From: Patescibacteria group bacterium
GTDB taxonomy: Bacteria; Bacteroidota; Ignavibacteria; Kapaibacteriales; Kapaibacteriaceae
NCBI GenBank assembly: GCA_044238605.1
Contig: JBIICY010000006.1
Span: forward strand, 12,551 to 76,550
Direction of reading: 5' to 3'
Length of the DNA: 64,000 bases
In this document: positions 57,408 through 64,000 of the stretch, piece after piece
Position numbering within the stretch: the first letter of the stretch is position 1
How the letters are laid out: every line of letters starts with the position of its first letter
Notes under the pieces: generated by a model
Seen by the model: only the letters and a program-made list of their open reading frames with translations
What the model was told of the DNA's origin: nothing
The model's database searches: none
Made by a program: the position numbers and the translations under genes

Positions 57408-59075
57408 CTACACTGTGAACACCCGCTGCGCGATTGCCTTGGCAACATTTTGTCCGTCTAGTGCTGCGCTCACAATGCCCCCTGCATAACCGGCACCCTC
57501 GCCGCACGGATACAGACGCCGCACCTCGACGTGCTCGTATGATTCCTTATCACGGGGAATTCGTACCGGCGAAGATGTTCTAGACTCAACACCAACAATC
57601 ACGGCTTCATTAGTGAGGTAGCCTCGCATTTGTGCCGCAAACTGACGTATACCCGAACGAAGACGTTGGTCAATTGCCGTTGGCAGGATCTCTGCCATGT
57701 CAACCGAAACATGTCCAGGGATGTATGATGTGCGTGGAATCGACTCGGACATCCTGCCCTCGACATAATCAACTAAACGCTGGGCGGGGGCCTTCTGCGA
57801 CCGATCTTCGTTGCTGGCAAATGCTGTGCGCTCTACGTGGGCCTGAAGCTCTAGTGCACCGAACACGCCACCGTGACCAAGTTGCTGCCAATCTGCCTGC
57901 TCAACGGCTACAACGGTTCCGGAATTTGCAAATGGTGAGTCCCGACGTGACATCGACATGCCGTTGACCACGATCTCGCCTGGAGAGGTTGCAGCCGGGA
58001 CGATGAGTCCGCCCGGACACATACAAAACGAAAACACGCCCCTTCCATCTGCCTGGCACACGAGTGAATATGATGATGCCGGTAGGTTGGGGTCACGGGG
58101 CGATTGATGGTACTGGATCTCATCAATCAAGCCCTGTGGGTGTTCAATCCGGACGCCCAACGCAAATGGCTTTGCTTCGATACGAATCCCATCCTTTGCG
58201 CACCGCGCAAAGATGTCCCGGGCACTATGTCCTGTTGCCAGGATCACTGCATCTGCCTCGAACGCACGTCCGTCTGCACAGCGCACACCGCGCAGCACCT
58301 TGCCATCTGGTGTGGCATCAATGATAAACCCATTTACATGCGACTCAAAGTGCACTTCCCCACCAAATCGGAGAATGGTTTCGCGCATCTCCTGCACAAC
58401 CTTCCAGAGCTTGTTCGATCCGATATGGGGGTGGGTGTCTACGAGAATCTCTGATGTAGCGCCATGCTCCACAAAGAGCCGGAGAACCTTTTCGATGCTG
58501 CCACGTTTGTGGGATCGTGTATACAGCTTGCCATCGGAATACGTGCCTGCGCCTCCCTCCCCGTAACAATAGTTCGAATGGGGGTCTACAACGCCATCCT
58601 GCTGAATAGCACGCAGATCGCGTCTACGGGCGCGCACGTCGCGTCCACGCTCGAGCACGATGGGCATTATTCCATGTTCGAGCAGCTCTAGTGCAGCGAA
58701 GTATCCGGCAGGACCAGCACCAACGATCACAACACGTTTTCCCGGATCTGCCGCCTTAAGACGGCCCAGATACTCTTCCTGGGCAGGGGGCTCCTCACCC
58801 GCAAAGACGTCTACGGTGAGTCGAACTCTCGGCACCCGCGAACGAGCATCAACAGAGCGTCGCACCACAAGCGCCTTTGCATCAACATCAGCTGCAAACC
58901 CAGCTGCAGCCAATGCAATAGATGTAACGGCTAGGGGGTCTGCCGCCTCTGCAGGGGTCAGTGGAAACTCTACGCGCTGATGCATGGCGGCAAAGTTCGG
59001 AAGAATTCCCGCGCTATTTTGTCTGCATGTCAGATCGGTATGAACGCATCTATGAAATCGTGCGATCGATTCCAC
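57408..59075 (-). CDS. FAD-dependent oxidoreductase of the COG2509-like uncharacterized dehydrogenase family
   Basis: 555 aa. The dinucleotide-binding motif is VIVGAGPAGYFAALEL. Overall it resembles the NAD(FAD)-utilizing dehydrogenase family. Confidence 0.7.
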   Translation of the reverse strand: MESIARFHRCVHTDLTCRQNSAGILPNFAAMHQRVEFPLTPAEAADPLAVTSIALAAAGFAADVDAKALVVRRSVDARSRVPRVRLTVDVFAGEEPPAQEEYLGRLKAADPGKRVVIVGAGPAGYFAALELLEHGIMPIVLERGRDVRARRRDLRAIQQDGVVDPHSNYCYGEGGAGTYSDGKLYTRSHKRGSIEKVLRLFVEHGATSEILVDTHPHIGSNKLWKVVQEMRETILRFGGEVHFESHVNGFIIDATPDGKVLRGVRCADGRAFEADAVILATGHSARDIFARCAKDGIRIEAKPFALGVRIEHPQGLIDEIQYHQSPRDPNLPASSYSLVCQADGRGVFSFCMCPGGLIVPAATSPGEIVVNGMSMSRRDSPFANSGTVVAVEQADWQQLGHGGVFGALELQAHVERTAFASNEDRSQKAPAQRLVDYVEGRMSESIPRTSYIPGHVSVDMAEILPTAIDQRLRSGIRQFAAQMRGYLTNEAVIVGVESRTSSPVRIPRDKESYEHVEVRRLYPCGEGAGYAGGIVSAALDGQNVAKAIAQRVFTV

Positions 59076-59350
59076 CAGGAAAGGTCACCACATACGGACA
59101 CATAGCAGCTGCCATAGGCGTGCGCTCTGGTGCCCGGCTGGTAGGTTGGGCGTTGAACGCGGTAGCCCATCAAGACCGGCTGGACATCCCATGCCACCGG
59201 GTGGTCAATCGTCTTGGGGAGCTCTCCGGACGCATGCACTTTGAGACACCATTTGTGATGCGAGAACGTCTCGAGTCCGAGCAGGTAGGGTTTCTGGGGG
59301 ACGCCGTCGATCTCAATCAGCATCTTTGGGTGCCAGAGATAGCCCCATGA
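59027..59350 (+). CDS. MGMT-family protein: a stand-alone methylated-DNA-protein-cysteine methyltransferase DNA-binding/active-site domain
   Basis: The Ogt-type active-site Cys motif PCHRVVN is present. The start is at MSDRYERIY. It overlaps the 3' end of the convergent FAD oxidoreductase gene by about 48 nt. Confidence 0.6.
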   Translation: MSDRYERIYEIVRSIPPGKVTTYGHIAAAIGVRSGARLVGWALNAVAHQDRLDIPCHRVVNRLGELSGRMHFETPFVMRERLESEQVGFLGDAVDLNQHLWVPEIAP

Positions 59351-59397
59351 GCGTATCTTTGCCGTCCATATACCTTATAACTTGGGACAACACACGT

Positions 59398-60102
59398 ATG
59401 AAGAGCACTCTAAGCATGGCTGCTGCGATTCTTGTATCGGCAGTGATGATCGGATGCGACAACAATTCCGATGAGCCGGTCACGATGAAAACGCAAGCTG
59501 ACTCTGTAAGCTACATGTTCGGTTATCAACTGGGCGGACAGTTTGCAAAGACAAAGATTGAAGTAAGTCAAGAGATGTTGATGGCTGGATACCGTGATGG
59601 CAGCCAGGAGAAGAAGGCGCTGATCTCAGATTCTGCCGCCATGCTTCTATCAGAGTCTCTGCAGCGTCAGCTAGCCAAGACAATGGAAGAAGAAGCACTC
59701 AAGGCAGCCATACCTGTTCGTAAGGCAAGCGAGAAGTTTCTTGCTGAGAACAAAAACAAGGAAGGTGTGATTACAACACCGAGCGGGCTTCAGTACAAGG
59801 TAATCTCCATGGGTACCGGCAAGAAGCCTTCTGCAGGCTCTACGGTTACCGTTCACTACACGGGCAAACTCGCTGATGGCAAGGTGTTTGACAGTTCCAT
59901 AGACCGCGGTCAGCCGGCTACGTTTAACACCACGCAAGTAATTCCCGGATGGCAGGAAGCAATCCTTCTCATGCCGAAAGGATCAAAGTTCCAGTTGTAC
60001 ATTCCTGCCAGCCTCGCATACGGCGATCGCGGAGCCGGTAACGGCCTTATTCCTGGGGGCGCTGCGTTGATCTTTGATGTAGAACTGCTCGACGTAAAGT
60101 AA
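59398..60102 (+). CDS. FKBP-type peptidyl-prolyl isomerase (FkpA/Mip-like), lipoprotein
   Basis: The FKBP domain reads …GLQYKVISMGTGKKPSAGSTVTVHYTGKLADGKVFDSS…. An N-terminal dimerisation helix is present. The signal/lipobox is MIGCDN. Confidence 0.85.
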   Translation: MKSTLSMAAAILVSAVMIGCDNNSDEPVTMKTQADSVSYMFGYQLGGQFAKTKIEVSQEMLMAGYRDGSQEKKALISDSAAMLLSESLQRQLAKTMEEEALKAAIPVRKASEKFLAENKNKEGVITTPSGLQYKVISMGTGKKPSAGSTVTVHYTGKLADGKVFDSSIDRGQPATFNTTQVIPGWQEAILLMPKGSKFQLYIPASLAYGDRGAGNGLIPGGAALIFDVELLDVK

Positions 60103-60136
60103 ACTGATATTTCATCACTCATTACAACAACATCCC

Positions 60137-60868
60137 ATGAAACAACTCATTTCTACCATCGCTGTTGTGGCTCTGTGTGCTGCAGTTACTCCGAGTGAGA
60201 CATTGGCGCAAAAGGGAACAGTCACAACTACCACTCTCACAACAACAGCAAAAGCAATGACAAAACAAGACTCAAACATGTATGCCCTTGGTATGCAGAT
60301 CGGACGTTCACTGCAAAGCCAGGGTCTCGAAATCAATGTAGACATGCTCGCCGAGGGTATGCGCGGCTTCCTCAGCGGAACACCGAAGCTCACGGATCAG
60401 CAGTTCCAAGCCTGCATGGAGAACCTCCAACAAGAGGCTATGCAGAAAATGGAAGCTGAGAAGGCTGCTTCGGGATCGGTCAACAAGGCTCGCGGCGAGA
60501 AGTTCCTCGCAGAGAACAAGTCTAAGGATGGTGTAAAGACAACGGCAAGTGGCCTTCAGTACAAGGTTATCAAAGAAGGTACTGGAAAGAAGCCAGCAAA
60601 GGAGAACACCGTTAAGGTTCACTACACTGGCACAACTATCGACGGCAAGGTGTTTGATAGCTCAGTAGAACGCGGTGAGCCGATTGAGTTCCCACTTGCT
60701 GGCGTAATCGCAGGTTGGACAGAAGGCGTGCAGTTGATGTCGGTTGGATCAAAGTACACACTCTACATCCCATCAAACCTTGCATACGGCGAGCAAGGGG
60801 CTGGTCAGGCTATCGGACCAAACGAAACACTCATCTTTGATGTAGAGCTTCTCGACATCACGAAGTAA
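60137..60868 (+). CDS. FKBP-type peptidyl-prolyl isomerase (FkpA/Mip-like), tandem paralog
   Basis: 243 aa with a signal peptide. The FKBP domain (…GLQYKVIKEGTGKKPAKENTVKVHYTGTTIDGKVFDSS…) is about 55% identical to the upstream paralog. Confidence 0.85.
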   Translation: MKQLISTIAVVALCAAVTPSETLAQKGTVTTTTLTTTAKAMTKQDSNMYALGMQIGRSLQSQGLEINVDMLAEGMRGFLSGTPKLTDQQFQACMENLQQEAMQKMEAEKAASGSVNKARGEKFLAENKSKDGVKTTASGLQYKVIKEGTGKKPAKENTVKVHYTGTTIDGKVFDSSVERGEPIEFPLAGVIAGWTEGVQLMSVGSKYTLYIPSNLAYGEQGAGQAIGPNETLIFDVELLDITK

Positions 60869-60894
60869 GCATCAACAATTGTTGACACATAGTG

Positions 60895-60932
60895 AAGGCC
60901 ACACGGGAAACCGTGTGGCCTTCGTAGTTTTG
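60895..60932 (+). terminator. Rho-independent terminator (AAGGCCACACGG-GAAA-CCGTGTGGCCTT followed by a T-rich tail)
   Basis: A perfect 12-bp stem with a GAAA tetraloop, followed by CGTAGTTTTG. A palindrome CAACAATTGTTG at 60873-60884 precedes it. Confidence 0.7.
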
Positions 60933-60960
60933 TCGCACTTAAACACTACGAAAAGACACT

Positions 60961-61893
60961 GTGAAAAGTCTCCCGATGTACGGCCTCGTGATCCTGCCCC
61001 TTGCAGCAGTGATCTATGTTACGTGGTCAGCCTTTACCGGCACCTTTGATTGGTTCTACCTAGCGCTCGCGCTGATCTTTGGCTTCGTTACCGAATACGG
61101 TGTTACCCTTGGTTATCACCGTTTGGTGGTGCACAAATCCTTTGAGCCCCATCCAGCATTGAAAGCCGTTCTGCTCTGGCTGGGATCGATGGCATTCCAG
61201 GGTCCAGTAACCCACTGGGCAAGCGTGCACACAAAACACCACGCACACAGCGATCAAGAAGGCGACCCACACTCTCCTACGGTGAGTGGCTTCTTCTACG
61301 CACACTTTGAGTGGCTCATCGAAATGAACAGCGCTGATATCGGCGAGATCAAGGCAAAGTGGGGCGGACGCTACTTCAAGGATCCAATGATCGTGTGGTT
61401 CTCGAATACGTTTTTGTTCTGGTCGGTCTTTAGCCTTGTCCTTCCAGCCGTGATTGGATACTTCCATGCCGGCACATTGGAAGGCGCATGGCTTGGCTTC
61501 GTATGGGGCGGTTTCGTTCGCATCTTCATCACAAGCCATGTTACATGGAGTGTAAACTCTGTGTGCCATTACTTTGGTAGCCGCACGTACGTTACAACAG
61601 ACAAGAGCCGCAACAACCCGATCGTTGGCATCCTTGCTCTCGGCGAGGGCTGGCACAACAATCACCACGCATTCCCATCATCGGCATTCCACGGTCTTGC
61701 ATGGTGGCAGTTTGACTTTACGGGGCTTACGATTCGCGTCTACGAAGCTATTGGTCTCGCAAAGAAGGTTACACGTATTCCGGATTCGCTCCTTGAGAAG
61801 CGTCGCATCGACAGCATGACGTCGACCCTGAACGTGCAAGAACTCGCGATGACCGAAGACGAAGAGCGCGACCAGCTCCACGAGGCAGCGTAA
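60961..61893 (+). CDS. Membrane fatty-acid (acyl-lipid/acyl-CoA delta-9 type) desaturase
   Basis: Three His boxes are present: HRLVVH, HHAHSD and HNNHH. The start is either GTG at 60961 or ATG at 60976. Confidence 0.85.
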   Translation: MKSLPMYGLVILPLAAVIYVTWSAFTGTFDWFYLALALIFGFVTEYGVTLGYHRLVVHKSFEPHPALKAVLLWLGSMAFQGPVTHWASVHTKHHAHSDQEGDPHSPTVSGFFYAHFEWLIEMNSADIGEIKAKWGGRYFKDPMIVWFSNTFLFWSVFSLVLPAVIGYFHAGTLEGAWLGFVWGGFVRIFITSHVTWSVNSVCHYFGSRTYVTTDKSRNNPIVGILALGEGWHNNHHAFPSSAFHGLAWWQFDFTGLTIRVYEAIGLAKKVTRIPDSLLEKRRIDSMTSTLNVQELAMTEDEERDQLHEAA

Positions 61894-61910
61894 GGCGTGG
61901 AGCGCTCTCG

Positions 61911-63695
61911 ATGACGCTCTTTTCAGCAACCAAACTCTCCAAGGTATACTACGAGAAGGTTCTCTTCGAGAACATCTCGTTTGGTATGCAGGATGGTGAA
62001 CGTGTTGGCATCATTGGTCGCAATGGGGCCGGTAAGACGTCGCTTCTGCGCATCGTTGCAGGCATTGATCAGCCCGATGCAGGAGAAATCGCCTTTAACA
62101 ACGAGGCGCGGTTTGAGTACCTTCCGCAGCTGCCAACGTTTGAGCAGGACGACACAGCATTCCATGCCGTAGCGTCTGCCTACGACCATCGTCATGGTCA
62201 CCTCGAAGAATGGGAGCTCGAAACTCTCGCCAAGCAAACACTCGGCAAGCTCGGTATACACGACGCGTACAAGCACGTGCAGACCATGTCCGGCGGACAG
62301 CGCAAGCGTGTGGCCATTGCCCGTGCGCTGCTTGCCGAACCCGACCTCTTGATCCTCGACGAGCCCACAAACCATCTCGACGCAACAAGTGTGCAATGGC
62401 TGCAGGACACGTTGCAGAATTCGTCACGGGGCTTACTCCTCGTAACGCACGACCGTTACTTTCTCGACGCCGTCTGCACGCGTATTATCGAAATCGATCA
62501 GTCGCGTCTCTTCTCCTACGACGGCAGCTACGAAAAGTATCTCGAGCGTAAGGAAGCTCTCGTTGCGGTGCAAGACGCTACAGCAGACCACCAGCGCAAT
62601 AAGCTTCGCACAGAGCTTGCATGGCTGCAGAAGGGCGCAAAGGCACGCAGAACAAAGCAGCAGAGCCGCATCGACTGGATCGAGAAGATGCAGCAGGAGC
62701 AGCGCACGCAGAGTGTAGAGTTTCGCGACATCGACATCGAAGTTGGCGGCAAGTTTCTTGGTGGTAAGATCATTGATGCCGTTGATGTAAGCTATCGCTC
62801 GTTAGTAACAGACTTTACCTATCGTGCTGCACCCGGAGATCGCATCGGAATTATAGGTCCGAACGGGGCTGGCAAGACAACCCTGCTCAATCTTCTTGCT
62901 GGACGCAAGCACGCCGAACGAGGACACATCTCGCTTGGCGAAACCGTTACCCTCGGATTCTTCGAACAAGAGATCAAAGACCTGCAGGAAAACGAAACCG
63001 TGCTGAGCAACGTACGCGACATCGCCGAGTACATCGACGTAGGCGTTGGACGCGACCGCTACATAAGTGCGCGCGAACTGTGCGAACGCTTTGGATTTTC
63101 GCCCAAGCAGCAGCATGCGTTTGTGCATACCCTCTCAGGGGGCGAGCGTCGCAGACTCGGATTGCTTCGCATTCTGATGTCAAACCCCAACGTACTCTTT
63201 CTCGACGAACCCACGAACGACTTTGACCTTGTTACGCTGAACGCCCTCGAGGAATACTTGCAGTCGTTTAAAGGCGTCCTGCTTACCGTATCCCACGACC
63301 GTGCATTTCTCGACACCACGGTCACCACGATCTGGTCGTTCGAAGACGGCGGCCGCATCAAAGAGTATCCCGGCAATTACTCAGCATACCTCGAGGCTGT
63401 CGAGGCGCGCTCAAAAGCAGCAGACCGTGAAGCAAAAAGTAAACAGCAACAGCAGCCCCCTACCCAGGCTTCGACCAAGAAAAAGCTCACCTTCAACGAG
63501 CAGCGAGAACTCGAGCAGCTCGAATCCCGCATCCCCGAGCTTGAAGCATCGATCGCCGACCTGGAAACAAAGATGAGTAGCGGAGAAGGCAGCTATCAGG
63601 ACCACGAGCTATGGGCCCAACAGCACGCCCAATTCACAGCCAACCTCGACGAATCAACCCTGCGGTGGCTGGAGCTCAGCGAGCGCAGTTCTTGA
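61911..63695 (+). CDS. ABC-F family ATPase (two ABC domains, no transmembrane domain)
   Basis: Two Walker A motifs (GRNGAGKT and GPNGAGKT) and two signature motifs (LSGGQRKR and LSGGERRR) are separated by a linker. A C-terminal coiled-coil follows. Confidence 0.9.
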   Translation: MTLFSATKLSKVYYEKVLFENISFGMQDGERVGIIGRNGAGKTSLLRIVAGIDQPDAGEIAFNNEARFEYLPQLPTFEQDDTAFHAVASAYDHRHGHLEEWELETLAKQTLGKLGIHDAYKHVQTMSGGQRKRVAIARALLAEPDLLILDEPTNHLDATSVQWLQDTLQNSSRGLLLVTHDRYFLDAVCTRIIEIDQSRLFSYDGSYEKYLERKEALVAVQDATADHQRNKLRTELAWLQKGAKARRTKQQSRIDWIEKMQQEQRTQSVEFRDIDIEVGGKFLGGKIIDAVDVSYRSLVTDFTYRAAPGDRIGIIGPNGAGKTTLLNLLAGRKHAERGHISLGETVTLGFFEQEIKDLQENETVLSNVRDIAEYIDVGVGRDRYISARELCERFGFSPKQQHAFVHTLSGGERRRLGLLRILMSNPNVLFLDEPTNDFDLVTLNALEEYLQSFKGVLLTVSHDRAFLDTTVTTIWSFEDGGRIKEYPGNYSAYLEAVEARSKAADREAKSKQQQQPPTQASTKKKLTFNEQRELEQLESRIPELEASIADLETKMSSGEGSYQDHELWAQQHAQFTANLDESTLRWLELSERSS

Positions 63696-63778
63696 GTATC
63701 TGAGCAGCAATATCCTCTTTTGTGCACGCATGAATGTTGGGTGCAAGGGTTTATTGAGGACTGATTTCACAAAACATA

Positions 63779-63822
63779 CCTTGAAAATCGAAAGGTAGGG
63801 TTTCAATTTTCAAGGTGTTTTA
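63779..63822. terminator. Bidirectional hairpin (CCTTGAAAAT-N16-ATTTTCAAGG) flanked by T-rich tracts on both strands
   Basis: A perfect 10-bp inverted repeat sits between convergent gene ends. GTGTTTT follows on the plus strand and TATGTTTTG on the minus strand. Confidence 0.55.
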
Positions 63823-63847
63823 GGGGATCTGGAGGATGAGCGTTACT

Positions 63848-64000
63848 CAGGGAGCACCATGACAACCCACGTCGTGTTCTCGTTGCGCACGAGAACGCAT
63901 CCGGGATGCACATCGCGGGGATCGATTGTGGTGCCAAACGTATTGCATACCTCCACCATGCCCTCCAGGTGCGACAGCCACGTTATAAAGTCACCACGAC
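63848..64000 (-). CDS. 3' end of an unidentified minus-strand gene (C-terminal 50 aa …MVEVCNTFGTTIDPRDVHPGCVLVRNENTTWVVMVLPE*)
   Basis: An open frame to the window edge with a TAA stop at 63848-63850. No product is recognised. Confidence 0.25.

Noticed and set aside
60873-60884. Palindrome CAACAATTGTTG as an operator site
   Set aside because: It is a single short palindrome just upstream of a terminator stem and downstream of a stop codon. There is no supporting context for a regulator.
1-64000. Searched by eye for rRNA, tRNA, transposase, integrase and phage genes
   Set aside because: None were found. The intergenic regions are short and are occupied by terminators and repeat arrays.

Overview
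This 64 kb window is about 55% GC and looks like a Bacteroidota/Chlorobi-group (FCB superphylum) chromosome. The taxonomic call is inference from gene content: six proteins end in T9SS (Por) C-terminal sorting domains, there is a SusC/SusD pair, and rplM-rpsI-rpsB-tsf-pyrH-frr sit in the order conserved in that lineage.

Features from left to right:
- queC (truncated at the window edge), a secreted thioredoxin-fold protein, then the minus-strand housekeeping run frr-pyrH-tsf-rpsB, rpsI and rplM.
- An operon of a CCA-adding enzyme, gamma-carbonic anhydrase, a small membrane protein and a MEMO1-like protein.
- A split transketolase.
- Three tandem paralogous giant secreted proteins (824, 570 and 1452 aa) that share a roughly 480-aa N-terminal domain and T9SS C-terminal domains.
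- A tiny T9SS cargo protein.
- metB/metC-type PLP enzyme, dcd, DUF1684 protein and two hypothetical proteins.
- A minus-strand Sus-like starch polysaccharide-utilization locus (PUL): MFS sugar transporter, SusC, SusD, a SusE/F-like binding protein, GH13 amylase and GH31 alpha-glucosidase, followed by an ECF sigma factor.
- A divergent persulfide-dioxygenase (MBL-rhodanese), rhodanese and TauE sulfur cluster.
- der, MoxR ATPase, cysteine desulfurase, DcuC-like transporter and an M16 peptidase.
- An SDR, acylphosphatase and a second SDR.
- A PlpD-like patatin-Omp85 (type Vd) protein.
- A J-domain protein, a HIT-rhodanese fusion and a sensor-less sigma-54 activator.
- A cyclase-family protein, ssb, MlaD-like and vWA-OmpA proteins, a FAD oxidoreductase and an MGMT-family protein.
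- Two FkpA-type PPIases, a fatty-acid desaturase and an ABC-F ATPase.

No rRNA, tRNA, CRISPR array, transposase or integrase was seen.

The most unusual sequence-level signals:
- Three intergenic arrays of tandem heptanucleotide repeats (GTCATTC, GGTACTG/ATTACTG and GTAATCC). Two of them run right up to a start codon.
- An in-frame 54-nt insertion in queC made of two 20-nt palindromes.
- The triplicated giant T9SS paralog family.
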